Shown here in pieces: positions 1 through 9,221 of a stretch of 64,000 nucleotides of DNA. Both the position numbers and the translations under genes were made by a program. The notes under the pieces are model-generated. The model searched no databases, was not told where the DNA came from, and saw nothing but the letters and a program-made list of their open reading frames with translations. The stretch comes from Patescibacteria group bacterium (GTDB lineage: Bacteria; Patescibacteriota; Minisyncoccia; 2-02-FULL-40-12; GWA2-44-9), in the NCBI GenBank assembly GCA_038064515.1, contig JBBTSY010000009.1, positions 2,155 to 66,154 of the forward strand, written 5' to 3'. Numbering within the stretch: position 1 is the first letter of the stretch; the number at the start of each line of letters is the position of its first letter.

Positions 1-5
1 ATCTA

Positions 6-398
6 ATGCGCGTTGATAATAAGGTTTCAAGAGAAGATAAAATGTTCTATACTCGAACTATGTCTCCTAAAAGCTGGCATCAGCGCCACGTTGATCTCTA
101 CGAAGGCATTATCGTCATTCTCATCGGCGTAGTTATTTTTGGCGGATATTTTTCTTGGAAATATTGGCGTTTGGATGAATCATTGAGTTCAGCTGATAAG
201 ATTTATGCTCCCGCGGCGAGTGATGACCGAACTATTCAAGCTGAATTAGAGATCAGTGCAGAGCAGGCGATTGAAGCTCCCAGAACCAATCCGTTTACCA
301 ACATCAATCTGTCCGCATCAGTGGAAAATAAGGCTCGCCAGACTTCTTATCGGCATGCCTATCTCGGCTCTCTCTTGGGGTTTATTTTGAATCGCTAA
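6..398 (+). CDS. hypothetical small membrane protein with one TM helix (IIVILIGVVIFGGYFSW)
   Basis: Intact 130-aa ORF with a hydrophobic segment, followed by a hairpin terminator at ~433-460. Confidence 0.45.
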   Translation: MRVDNKVSREDKMFYTRTMSPKSWHQRHVDLYEGIIVILIGVVIFGGYFSWKYWRLDESLSSADKIYAPAASDDRTIQAELEISAEQAIEAPRTNPFTNINLSASVENKARQTSYRHAYLGSLLGFILNR

Positions 399-448
399 AC
401 AAATAAATTTTTCTTCATCTTGGTTAAACCCGACCGAAGTGTCGGGGC

Positions 449-477
449 TTGAAAGTTTTTAGAAAATAGGGTATGAT
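449..477 (+). promoter_or_regulatory. sigma70-like promoter TTGAAA-N17-TATGAT for the downstream GerMN-domain gene
   Basis: TTGAAA at 449-454 and TATGAT at 472-477 with a 17-nt spacer, about 38 nt upstream of the ATG at 515. Confidence 0.35.
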
Positions 478-514
478 ATGCAATAGAAGATAACTGCTTT
501 GGTGCGTTGATCCC

Positions 515-1393
515 ATGAAAAGATCACTTGTTTTTAGCGTAGCGATTGCCCTAATAGTGGCCATAAGCGCTTTCTTACTGCTTAAAAAGCCCGCTATCGC
601 TCCTGAAGAAACCCCGACTCCAACCGGGTTAATTTTTTCCTCGCCGCTTTCGGGAAAAGTGACCGCCACTCCGGTCCCGTCAGGCACGGCTATCATTCAG
701 AATATTATCGTCACATCGCCGTCTGTTAATGCAATTGTGGGAAATCCGATTACGGTAATCGGAAAAGCGCGAGTATTCGAAGGCGTTTTTCAATATGCGC
801 TTCGAGATATGACCGGCAAGGTTTGGTATCGGGCAAATGGTCAAACCGGCGCTCCAGAGGATAGTAATTACCAGCCGTTTACGGTAAAAATTCCGGTTCC
901 AGTTGGCACGCCTAAGGATCTTATTATCGAGGTATTCGAGTATTCCGCCAAAGACGGTTCAATTATTAATCTTGTTCGTGTGCCTGTTCGTTTTTCAACT
1001 CTGACAACTGCGACAGTTAAAGTTTACTTGAGTAGCCATCGTCTTAATAGCGGCGATGTTTGCAGTGTGGTTTTCCCGGTAGAAAGAACCATTATTAAGA
1101 CTCAAGAAACCGCGTACATCTCTCTTACGGAACTCCTTAAAGGTCCCACCGATAGTGACAAGGTTGAACAATATTACACCAGCATTCCTGAAGGTGTGAA
1201 AGTTAACTCTGTGCGCATTACTAATGGGATCGCGTATGCCGATTTTGATGGTACGCTTGAATATCAAGTGGGTGGGTCATGCCGCGTAGGAGTCATTCGA
1301 TTACAGATCACAAATACGCTAAAGCAATTTTCTTCCATCAAAGATGTCGTTATTTCTATCAATGGACGGATTGACGATATTCTCCAGCCGTAA
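515..1393 (+). CDS. secreted Gmad2 Ig-like plus GerMN domain protein
   Basis: N-terminal signal/TM (LVFSVAIALIVAISAFLLL). Central Gmad2-like region (VTSPSVNAIVGNPITVIGKARVFEGVFQYALRD). C-terminal GerMN-like region (LTELLKGPTDSDK...GIAYADFDG). Confidence 0.6.
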   Translation: MKRSLVFSVAIALIVAISAFLLLKKPAIAPEETPTPTGLIFSSPLSGKVTATPVPSGTAIIQNIIVTSPSVNAIVGNPITVIGKARVFEGVFQYALRDMTGKVWYRANGQTGAPEDSNYQPFTVKIPVPVGTPKDLIIEVFEYSAKDGSIINLVRVPVRFSTLTTATVKVYLSSHRLNSGDVCSVVFPVERTIIKTQETAYISLTELLKGPTDSDKVEQYYTSIPEGVKVNSVRITNGIAYADFDGTLEYQVGGSCRVGVIRLQITNTLKQFSSIKDVVISINGRIDDILQP

Positions 1394-1408
1394 TTTTCAT
1401 AAATAAAA

Positions 1409-1437
1409 CCTCCGCTTGAAGCGGAGGTTTTATTATT
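1409..1437. terminator. intrinsic terminator, bidirectional (CCTCCGC-TTGAA-GCGGAGG followed by a T-run)
   Basis: Perfect 7-bp GC stem with flanking A-run and T-run, placed between the GerMN gene end and the tRNA-His 3' end. Confidence 0.6.
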
Positions 1438-1511
1438 GGGGAGCTAGAGGGAATCGAACCCTCGACCGCGCTGCCACAGAGCGCTGTGATAACCGTTTCA
1501 CCATAGCTCCC
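1438..1511 (-). tRNA. tRNA-His (anticodon GTG) with genomically encoded G-1
   Basis: Cloverleaf read on the minus strand: acceptor GGAGCTA/TAGCTCC, anticodon stem GCGCT/AGCGC, loop CTGTGGC, T-arm GAGGG-TTCGATT-CCCTC. An extra 5' G pairs with discriminator C73. Own promoter TTGAAA-N17-TATTAT at 1528-1556 on the minus strand. Confidence 0.85.
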
Positions 1512-1581
1512 ATCTTTGCAATACTGCATAATACGGTATTTTAAAGCTTATTTCAATGCTTATTGAGTAGAAATAGATGCG

Positions 1582-1612
1582 AGCCGTACCATCTACAGGG
1601 TGGTACGGCTCG
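1582..1612 (-). terminator. hairpin terminator GAGCCGTACCA/TGGTACGGCTC for the DksA-like gene
   Basis: Perfect 11-bp stem immediately 3' of the minus-strand ORF that ends at 1632. Confidence 0.45.
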
Positions 1613-1631
1613 GACGGACACGGGTGTCACG

Positions 1632-2087
1632 TCATAGCTGGGTCGTCGGGCGAAGCTGTTTGCGATGTCGAGGAGCCCTAACAAGTAAGTCTTGTTCCCT
1701 CTCCGTTTCGATCCTTCGCTGACACTGACAGCACCGCCAGCTAAAAGGTGCCCCTTTCTCTATCGCATCACGAATTGCGACAAGGCGGGCTTCGACAAGA
1801 TCCTCCCGGCACTCCGGACAGGCGCCGAAGCTTCCCTCTTTGGCTAGACGATGTGCCGTCGTCAACTGATCTACCAGTTGACGAGATTGCGTCGCAAGCG
1901 CGATGTCAACACTAGGATCTTCCGCTAGTTCAGACTCCACACATCCCAGGTGGGGCAGTTCTGAATCTGCCCTTAACTTGCGAATTCGTTGTGCCGACAC
2001 GTCCACGACGTGGACGTATGTTCTCTGAACTAACTCGAGTATGAGCCTTAGGTGCTCATCTCGAGAGGCAGTTGTTCTGGTCGTCAA
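1632..2087 (-). CDS. DksA/TraR-family C4 zinc-finger protein; high-GC islet A
   Basis: CPEC...(x26)...CCQC zinc-finger spacing typical of DksA/TraR. TTG start with a strong SD (GAGGGAGGG) and a TTGACT-N17-TACTAT promoter on the minus strand. About 60% GC against ~40% in the flanks. Confidence 0.55.
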   Translation of the reverse strand: MTTRTTASRDEHLRLILELVQRTYVHVVDVSAQRIRKLRADSELPHLGCVESELAEDPSVDIALATQSRQLVDQLTTAHRLAKEGSFGACPECREDLVEARLVAIRDAIEKGAPFSWRCCQCQRRIETEREQDLLVRAPRHRKQLRPTTQL

Positions 2088-2187
2088 TGTTCACCCTCCC
2101 TCATAGCAGAAGTATCTATAGTACCCCAGAAGTCAGATTTAGTCAAAATCATTGAAAAAAAGCATATTTCTGCTAAAGTAATAAAAT

Positions 2188-3948
2188 ATGACGCACTCTG
2201 ACCTTCGTAAAAAATTTCTAGATTTCTTTCGGTCAAAACAGCACGTTGTTATCCCGTCTGCGCCTTTAGTACCCGTCAACGACTCGACGGTCTTATTCAC
2301 CACCGCTGGTATGCACCCACTAACCCCATATCTATTAGGTGAGCTACATCCGGCGGGCACACGCATTGCCAACGTTCAGAAATGCATTCGTACCGGTGAC
2401 ATTGATGAGGTCGGCGACGATACGCACCTCACTTTCTTTGAGATGCTCGGCAACTGGTCGCTGGGGGACTATTTCAAAAAAGACGCCATCGCTTGGAGTT
2501 ATGAGTTCCTGACTTCTCCGAAGTGGCTCAACATCGCGCCCGAACGGCTTGCCTTCTCGTGCTTCACGGGCGATGACGGCGCGCCGAAAGACGAAGAAGC
2601 TACTGCAATTTGGAAATCGTTAGGTATCCCTGATTCGCGCATTGTATTTTTGGGACGCGATGCGAACTGGTGGGGCCCCGCCGGTCAGACCGGCCCCTGC
2701 GGACCCGACACCGAAATGTTCTATTGGATAGACAACGATATTCCGGCACCGGAGCGATTTGATCCGTTCGATGTGCGCTGGGTTGAAATCTGGAACGATG
2801 TGTTCATGCAGTACCGCAAAACAGAATTAGGCATCTTTGAACTGCTCACAAAACCCAATGTTGATACCGGTATGGGCTTGGAGCGCACACTTGCAGTGCT
2901 CAATGGTAAATCTTCAGTGTACGACACTGAATTATTTGTGCCGTTGCTGAAAACGCTTCGCGAGCTATCAACGATTACTGAAGAGGAGAGCGAGCGCAAG
3001 CTCCGTATCATCGCGGATCACATGCGCGCCGCGGCGTTCATCATTACCGACGGCATCGAGCCTTCCAATAAAGATCGCGGATATGTCCTGCGGCGTCTTC
3101 TTCGTCGCGCGATAGTGTACGCGCAACAGTTGGGCATGCACACGGGCTGGCATAAACCGTTCATAGAAGCGCTTGTGGGTGTTTTGGGTGAAGCGTACCC
3201 CGAGCTGAAAACTAGTCAGGATATTATTGATCGCGCCATCATTATCGAAACGGACAAATTTGAAAAAACATTAGATAAGGGACTGCGAGAATTTAATAAA
3301 CTAAAAACAATCGCCGGTACCGATGCCTTCAACCTGTACCAGACCTACGGTTTCCCGTGGGAGCTTACGCACGAGCTTGCACTCGCACGAGGCATGCAAG
3401 TGGAGAAGTCGCAATTCGAAGCAGAATTTACAAAACATAAGGATCTCTCCCGCACGGCTTCTGTTGGCACATTCAAGGGAGGACTTGCCGACCATTCTGA
3501 TATAGTTGTGCGCTATCACACCGCCACCCACCTCATGCACAAAGCATTGCGCGATGTACTGGGCGCGCATGTGATACAGAAAGGGAGCAACATCAATGCC
3601 GAACGAACGCGGTTTGATTTCTCGCATCCCGTCAAAATGACGTACGAGCAGATTGCAAAAGTGGAAGCGCTAGTGAACGACTGGATTCGTCGCGACCTTC
3701 CGATGACACGCGAGATGATGCCCAAAGAAAAAGCGCTTGAACTCGGCGCGCTGGGCGCATTTGGCGAGAAATACGGCGACACTGTATCGGTGTATACTAT
3801 TACCGATCCGGCAACCGGGGAGGTTGTAAGCCGTGAATTTTGTGGCGGTCCGCATGTGGAGCGCACCGGCGCGATCGGAAAATTTAAAATTATTAAGGAG
3901 GAAGCGGTGAGCGCGGGTGTCCGCCGGATTCGCGCAACCCTAAATTAG
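2188..3948 (+). CDS. alaS: alanyl-tRNA synthetase, short form lacking the C-Ala domain
   Basis: Class II AlaRS catalytic core (FTTAGMHPL, FFEMLGNWSLGDYFK) and editing domain (HTATHLMHKAL, CGGPHV). 586 aa against ~875 for the full-length enzyme. Confidence 0.9.
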   Translation: MTHSDLRKKFLDFFRSKQHVVIPSAPLVPVNDSTVLFTTAGMHPLTPYLLGELHPAGTRIANVQKCIRTGDIDEVGDDTHLTFFEMLGNWSLGDYFKKDAIAWSYEFLTSPKWLNIAPERLAFSCFTGDDGAPKDEEATAIWKSLGIPDSRIVFLGRDANWWGPAGQTGPCGPDTEMFYWIDNDIPAPERFDPFDVRWVEIWNDVFMQYRKTELGIFELLTKPNVDTGMGLERTLAVLNGKSSVYDTELFVPLLKTLRELSTITEEESERKLRIIADHMRAAAFIITDGIEPSNKDRGYVLRRLLRRAIVYAQQLGMHTGWHKPFIEALVGVLGEAYPELKTSQDIIDRAIIIETDKFEKTLDKGLREFNKLKTIAGTDAFNLYQTYGFPWELTHELALARGMQVEKSQFEAEFTKHKDLSRTASVGTFKGGLADHSDIVVRYHTATHLMHKALRDVLGAHVIQKGSNINAERTRFDFSHPVKMTYEQIAKVEALVNDWIRRDLPMTREMMPKEKALELGALGAFGEKYGDTVSVYTITDPATGEVVSREFCGGPHVERTGAIGKFKIIKEEAVSAGVRRIRATLN

Positions 3949-3952
3949 TTTT

Positions 3953-4351
3953 ATGACTATCAAACCTAACTTCATTATTCTCTGTGATCAGGCGTTCCTG
4001 ACCGCGGGAACAAATAACCTCAATCTGATTGGGATCTTTACGACTATTCATGCGGAGCAATTTCCATTTACCTACCGCAGATTCGCGTTGGTTATCAATT
4101 TTGATTCCGATAGCCTGGGGATGCACGCGTTAGAAACCCGTATTGTTGATGAGAACGATAAAGAACTTATCAAGAGCGAGCTGAAAATCAATATCAGCTC
4201 CTCGCCATTCCAAGTAATCGCGAATTTTGAGAACTTTACATTCTCTATTCCCGGGAAATACGAGATAAAGATCTCTCTCGAAGGAAAAGGAATTGGATCT
4301 CGCGTACTAATCGTAAATCCAGTCGTTAAGCAGACAACACATATCGCCTAA
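3953..4351 (+). CDS. hypothetical protein, beta-rich, no recognisable motif
   Basis: 132-aa ORF tightly packed between alaS and dus. Confidence 0.45.
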   Translation: MTIKPNFIILCDQAFLTAGTNNLNLIGIFTTIHAEQFPFTYRRFALVINFDSDSLGMHALETRIVDENDKELIKSELKINISSSPFQVIANFENFTFSIPGKYEIKISLEGKGIGSRVLIVNPVVKQTTHIA

Positions 4352-4353
4352 TT

Positions 4354-5340
4354 ATGGTTTATGGCTTCTGGGAAAAACTTCAGCCAAAGGCTGATCCGCC
4401 TCTGGCGGGAAAACAGCCATTTTTCGTTTTGGCGCCGATGGCCGATGTCACCGATGCCGCATTTCGACAGATTATTTTACAATGCGGAAAACCCGATATC
4501 TTATATACGGAGTTTGTCTCGTGTGACGGATTGTGTTCTCGAGGCCGCGAACGGCTGATAAAGGACTTAATCTTTACAGAAAGTGAGCGCCCGATTGTTG
4601 CCCAGTTTTTCGGTTCAAAACCGGAGAATTTTTATAAGTGTGCCGAATTAGCAAAAAAACTTGGTTTTGACGGCATTGATATCAATATGGGTTGTCCTGA
4701 TCGCAAGATGATCAAGCAGGGCGCCGGTATCGGACTTTGTAAAACTCCTGAACTTGCGCGAGAGATCATTCGAGCTACCCAAGAAGGCGCGGCAGATATT
4801 CCCGTTTCCGTTAAAACACGCCTAGGTCTCTATGAAATAGATCTCGCCTGGATTCAAAATCTGCTCGACGCAAAGATTCCCGCGCTCATAGTGCATGGTC
4901 GCACTATGAAAGAAATGTCAAAGGTTCCCGCTCATTGGGATGTCATCGGCGAAGTTGCAAAAATGGCGAAAGATACCGGCACGCTAATCGTCGGCAACGG
5001 TGACATTATGAGTCGACAGGAGGGGATCGAGAGAGCGCAACAATACGGTATTGACGGCATTATGGTGGGGCGAGGCATTTTTTATAACCCTTGGTTTTTT
5101 TCAGTCAAAAACGAACCAGTCTCTGGCCGAAATACAAAAGATCGGCTGGCGCTTCTGCTTCAACACACTCTGCTTTTCAAGCAATTATGGGGCGATACAA
5201 AAAGCTTTGATCTGATGAAAAAATTCTATAAGGCGTATGTTTCGGGTTGGGATGGAGCAAAAGATTTACGGATTCAACTGATGAATGTAAAAAATGAACA
5301 GCAAGTAAGGGAAATTATAGAACCCTACGCAAATAGGTAG
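4354..5340 (+). CDS. dus: tRNA-dihydrouridine synthase
   Basis: VLAPMADVTD, DINMGCP and VKTRLG motifs of the Dus TIM-barrel family. Confidence 0.85.
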   Translation: MVYGFWEKLQPKADPPLAGKQPFFVLAPMADVTDAAFRQIILQCGKPDILYTEFVSCDGLCSRGRERLIKDLIFTESERPIVAQFFGSKPENFYKCAELAKKLGFDGIDINMGCPDRKMIKQGAGIGLCKTPELAREIIRATQEGAADIPVSVKTRLGLYEIDLAWIQNLLDAKIPALIVHGRTMKEMSKVPAHWDVIGEVAKMAKDTGTLIVGNGDIMSRQEGIERAQQYGIDGIMVGRGIFYNPWFFSVKNEPVSGRNTKDRLALLLQHTLLFKQLWGDTKSFDLMKKFYKAYVSGWDGAKDLRIQLMNVKNEQQVREIIEPYANR

Positions 5341-5404
5341 AGGTGTGACTGTAAAATAACACGCGGGAACCTTTTGGGGCTCCCGCGGGGGTGCGTGGAT
5401 AGAC

Positions 5405-5821
5405 CTAGTGGCGCCAGCGGGGTTTGTCGAAAAGGCCAGTCAGTGACTTGTAGCCCTTTCCAAAATCCGTTGGTTTGGTCATAAGGAACAACTTGTCCGG
5501 TGAGACATCTTCCTCCCGCTTGGCCAGACTTGGCCGATGTCCGCACGAACATGCTGGTTTGCGCGGTTCCTCGATGAACTCGTTGAGGAGTTCTTTGAAG
5601 ATGCCCGCGGCTGTTTCGGCCGCTTCGTCAAGAAACTCGGGCTGGGAGATGGTTACGATTCCGTCCTTGATGCTGACTATCGGCTCATCGTCGACAATCA
5701 GATCTTTGAGCTCCGCCATCTCCCTCTGGGCCAGTCTCACGAGCTCACGGTAGATCATGACTCGTCCTTCTCCCTTGAGGTGTGTTCGAATTCCTTTCGG
5801 AATGCCGCTGGTACGTGACAT
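5405..5821 (-). CDS. hypothetical protein; high-GC islet B
   Basis: ATG preceded by GGAGAAcc SD. TTGACT-N17-TATCAT promoter on the minus strand (~5880-5910) and a hairpin terminator at ~5363-5390. GC-rich codon usage. Confidence 0.5.
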   Translation of the reverse strand: MSRTSGIPKGIRTHLKGEGRVMIYRELVRLAQREMAELKDLIVDDEPIVSIKDGIVTISQPEFLDEAAETAAGIFKELLNEFIEEPRKPACSCGHRPSLAKREEDVSPDKLFLMTKPTDFGKGYKSLTGLFDKPRWRH

Positions 5822-5957
5822 TTTGGTTCTCCTGCTCCAACGCACTGTTGATTGTTTGCACATTCTCAAATGCGCGCGATACTGCTCGCGTAATGATACC
5901 ACTTTATAAACATCAAGTCAATTATACCAAATATGTAGGCGTGATATGATAATTTAA

Positions 5958-8900
5958 ATGAAATCAAAAAGAAAAACTCCTACGCCAAAACTATTTCAGG
6001 AATATTACAAACAGCTCAACCCAGAGCAGAAAAATGCCGTTGATGCAATTGAGGGTCCGATTATGGTGATCGCCGGTCCCGGGACTGGCAAGACCCAGAT
6101 ACTGACGCTTCGTATTGCCAACATTCTTCAGCAGACGGATACGCCTCCTGAAGCAGTTTTAGCTCTTACGTTTACTGAATCCGGCGTAGTCTCCATGCGA
6201 AAGCGTCTCGCTGAAATTATCGGGAGCGCCGCATATCGCGTTGTTATTACCACGTTCCATGGTTTTTGTAATGACATCATTCGGAGCTATCCGGAGGAAT
6301 TTCCCCATATTATCGGTTCCGAAAGTATTACCGAAATTGAGCAGATAGAAATCATGCAACAGGTCATCGATACAGCTTCCATCAAGGAGCTTCGGCCGTT
6401 CGGCGACCGGTTCTATTATCTCAAACCTGCTATTCAGGCTATCAATACGTTGAAGCAAGAAGGTATCTCGCCGGAACGCTTCCGAACCTTGATCGACGCG
6501 GAAGAAAAGGCGTTCTCCGCCATCGATGATCTGTATTATGAAAAAGGAGCCTACAAGGGCAAAATGAAAGGTACGTATCAGGATCAGCTCAAACATCTGA
6601 AGCGCAATGCCGAACTGGCAACACTCTATGCCGCCTACCAGAAATCTCTGCGCGATAATAAGTTATACGATTATAGCGATATGATAATGGAAGTTGTGGC
6701 CATGCTGGAGCGCGACCCAGAGCTTCTCCTCACGCTTCAGGAGAAATACCTTTACTTTTTAGTAGACGAGCACCAGGATACGAACAATTCGCAGAATCGC
6801 ATTCTTGAATTAATTGCTAGCTACCATGACAACCCCAATCTGTTCGTGGTGGGTGATGAGAAACAAGCTATTTTTCGATTTCAGGGCGCATCGCTGGAAA
6901 ACTTCCATTACTTCAAGAATCTGTACAAAGGTGCCCAGATCATCGATCTCCAACATAACTATCGTTCCACGCAGACTATTTTGGACGTAGCCGTCTCGCT
7001 AATGAATCCCGTTAGAAGTCTCGCTCGCGCCAGAGGCGCGAGTCTTAAGGACCTCGGCGAGGCTACTTCTAACGGGATGAAACGCGGAGAGCTTAAAGCC
7101 CACAGCACATATTCTGAACAAAAAATCGCCCTGTATGAATTCACGACACCCGATGTCGAACAATATTTCTTGGCGAAAAGCATTGCCGATAAAATCGCAT
7201 CAGGCACGAAGCCAGAAGAGATTGCTATTTTGTATCGGGACAACGCCGATGCGATGCCAATCGCCCTGATGCTGGAGAAGGTCGGTATTTCATTCGCGAT
7301 TGAATCCGATCAGAATCTTCTCCGCGATGAGGACGTCCAAAAATTACTCTATATTTTGCGGGCGGTGAAAACATTCGGCGAACCGGGAGCGCTCTTGAAA
7401 ATGCTTCACGTCGATTTTCTCAAGATTGAGCCACTCGATATTTATAAAGTCGCGGAGTATAGTCGGGCACAACGGATGAATCCGTATGACGTCATTAAGA
7501 GTGACAAAGAGCTCAAAGCCACAAAAGTAGGAGATGTCAAAAGCCTCATAGACTTGTATACTAAGCTTTCATCATGGAAAATCGCTTCTGCTAACAAGGG
7601 CGCCGCCGAAACATTTGAAACAATTGTCCGCGATTCGGGTTTCCTGAATTACATTTTAAGTTTGCCGGATGCGTTCGAAAAAATCGAAAAAGTCCGGACG
7701 CTGTTCGACCAGATCAAAGGATTAATACAGACTCATCGCGATTATACGCTTGATCAGTTCCTTTCGTATCTCGATATGTTGCAGGAACATGAAGTATTGG
7801 TAAAAAATAAATTAATCACCCGAAACAGCGGCAATGTACGGCTGATGACGGCGCATCGGTCGAAAGGATTAGAGTTTGAATACGTGTATCTGACGAATAT
7901 GTACGACGGACACTGGGGCAATCGCCGCCGGATAGGCCATTTCAAGATTCCTAAATCAGCCTTTGCCCTTTCAAGCGCGAGCCTGATCAATGAAACACTC
8001 GACAATGAAGACGAACGCAATCTGCTGTATGTAGCCCTGACGCGTGCCAAGAAAGAAGTCGCGCTATGCTACGCCCGGCAAGGATATAACGGCCGTGAAC
8101 AGATTCCTTCGCAATTTATGCAGGAGATTGATCAGGATTTAATCATCGAAGGCGACAGTCAAATGTATGAGAAGGCCTTCCTTAAGGAAAAAGAGATTCT
8201 CTTTGCGCAACCAGCGATTACTAAACCCGGAGTAAAGGATAAGGAGTTTCTTAATCAGCTTTTCCGAAAATATGGCTTATCGGTAACGGCGCTCAACAAC
8301 TACCTGGAGTGCCCTTGGCGGTATTTCTATATAAACCTGCTCCGTATCCCGGAAGCTCCCAATAAGCACCTGGCATACGGTAATGCCGTACATTCGGCTT
8401 TGCGTGAATTCTTCGATTGCTGGGTGCAAGGAGATGATAAAGGCTCGGAATTTCTCATTAAGCGTTTTAAAGAATCGCTTTCCCATCAGCCCATTACTCA
8501 AGGCGACTATAGCGAGGCTCTAGCCAAGGGCGAACAGGCGCTCGCGGGCTATTATACGAATTATCACAGTACCTGGAACAAGAATATCCGCAATGAATTT
8601 AAAATAGACGGCATCGAACTGACGCCTGATGTTCGCTTAAACGGTACCATTGACCGCCTAGAGATTTTGGATAGCGCAGGCCTGCCTGCGCAGGCAGGAA
8701 AGGTTAATGTCATAGATTACAAAACAGGAAAGCCGTTATCACGAAACCAGATCGAAGGCGCTACCGCAACATCAGACGGAAATTATAAGCGGCAACTTGT
8801 ATTTTATAATCTACTTCTAAATCGATTTGATGACGGCAAGTATCGATTTCAACAGGGGATCATCGATTTCATTGAACCGGACATTAGAGGGAGCTTTAGG

Positions 8901-9056
8901 CGAGAGGCATTTAGTATTGATCCTAAGGAAGTAAGTGATCTTGAAGAGCAGGTCATGGCAGTGGCAGGTGAGATTATGAATCTTGATTTCTGGGAAAAGG
9001 GCTGTAAAGAAAAAGATTGCGAGTACTGCAAGCTGCGTAAATTACTGAATTCATAA
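5958..9056 (+). CDS. UvrD/PcrA-type SF1 helicase fused to a C-terminal RecB/Cas4-like PD-(D/E)xK nuclease with a Cys cluster (AddA-like)
   Basis: Walker A GPGTGKT, DExQD (VDEHQDTN), LTRAK. Nuclease motifs SVTALNNYLECPWRY, GTIDRLE, VIDYKTGK, QLVFYNLL. Terminal CKEKDCEYC cluster. Confidence 0.85.
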   Translation: MKSKRKTPTPKLFQEYYKQLNPEQKNAVDAIEGPIMVIAGPGTGKTQILTLRIANILQQTDTPPEAVLALTFTESGVVSMRKRLAEIIGSAAYRVVITTFHGFCNDIIRSYPEEFPHIIGSESITEIEQIEIMQQVIDTASIKELRPFGDRFYYLKPAIQAINTLKQEGISPERFRTLIDAEEKAFSAIDDLYYEKGAYKGKMKGTYQDQLKHLKRNAELATLYAAYQKSLRDNKLYDYSDMIMEVVAMLERDPELLLTLQEKYLYFLVDEHQDTNNSQNRILELIASYHDNPNLFVVGDEKQAIFRFQGASLENFHYFKNLYKGAQIIDLQHNYRSTQTILDVAVSLMNPVRSLARARGASLKDLGEATSNGMKRGELKAHSTYSEQKIALYEFTTPDVEQYFLAKSIADKIASGTKPEEIAILYRDNADAMPIALMLEKVGISFAIESDQNLLRDEDVQKLLYILRAVKTFGEPGALLKMLHVDFLKIEPLDIYKVAEYSRAQRMNPYDVIKSDKELKATKVGDVKSLIDLYTKLSSWKIASANKGAAETFETIVRDSGFLNYILSLPDAFEKIEKVRTLFDQIKGLIQTHRDYTLDQFLSYLDMLQEHEVLVKNKLITRNSGNVRLMTAHRSKGLEFEYVYLTNMYDGHWGNRRRIGHFKIPKSAFALSSASLINETLDNEDERNLLYVALTRAKKEVALCYARQGYNGREQIPSQFMQEIDQDLIIEGDSQMYEKAFLKEKEILFAQPAITKPGVKDKEFLNQLFRKYGLSVTALNNYLECPWRYFYINLLRIPEAPNKHLAYGNAVHSALREFFDCWVQGDDKGSEFLIKRFKESLSHQPITQGDYSEALAKGEQALAGYYTNYHSTWNKNIRNEFKIDGIELTPDVRLNGTIDRLEILDSAGLPAQAGKVNVIDYKTGKPLSRNQIEGATATSDGNYKRQLVFYNLLLNRFDDGKYRFQQGIIDFIEPDIRGSFRREAFSIDPKEVSDLEEQVMAVAGEIMNLDFWEKGCKEKDCEYCKLRKLLNS

Positions 9057-9107
9057 AGAGGAGCCCCCGGCGTGCGTATGCCAGGGCTTCTGAACGAGAG
9101 GAGCGTT

Positions 9108-9221
9108 GCTACTTCGGCAGGCTCTCGTTGGTTACCACTTTGTCGATGTGGTAGATGAAAGAGATGATCAGGATGCTTCCTGCGATGAGCAGGAATGCCC
9201 CCAGACCGCGCAGAACTTCCA
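9108..9221 (-). CDS. putative 37-aa single-TM hydrophobic peptide (MEVLRGLGAFLLIAGSILIISFIYHIDKVVTNESLPK); islet C
   Basis: GGAGG SD 5 nt upstream of the ATG. TTGACT-N17-TATTAT promoter at ~9260-9290 on the minus strand. GC-rich. Below the ORF-track size cut-off. Confidence 0.35.

Noticed and set aside
1560-2140. Considered whether the GC-rich islets are structural RNA genes (RNase P, rRNA fragments) and not CDSs
   Set aside because: Each contains a clean ORF with a start codon, SD and protein-like composition (for example the DksA CxxC...CxxC finger). No rRNA or RNase P motifs were found.
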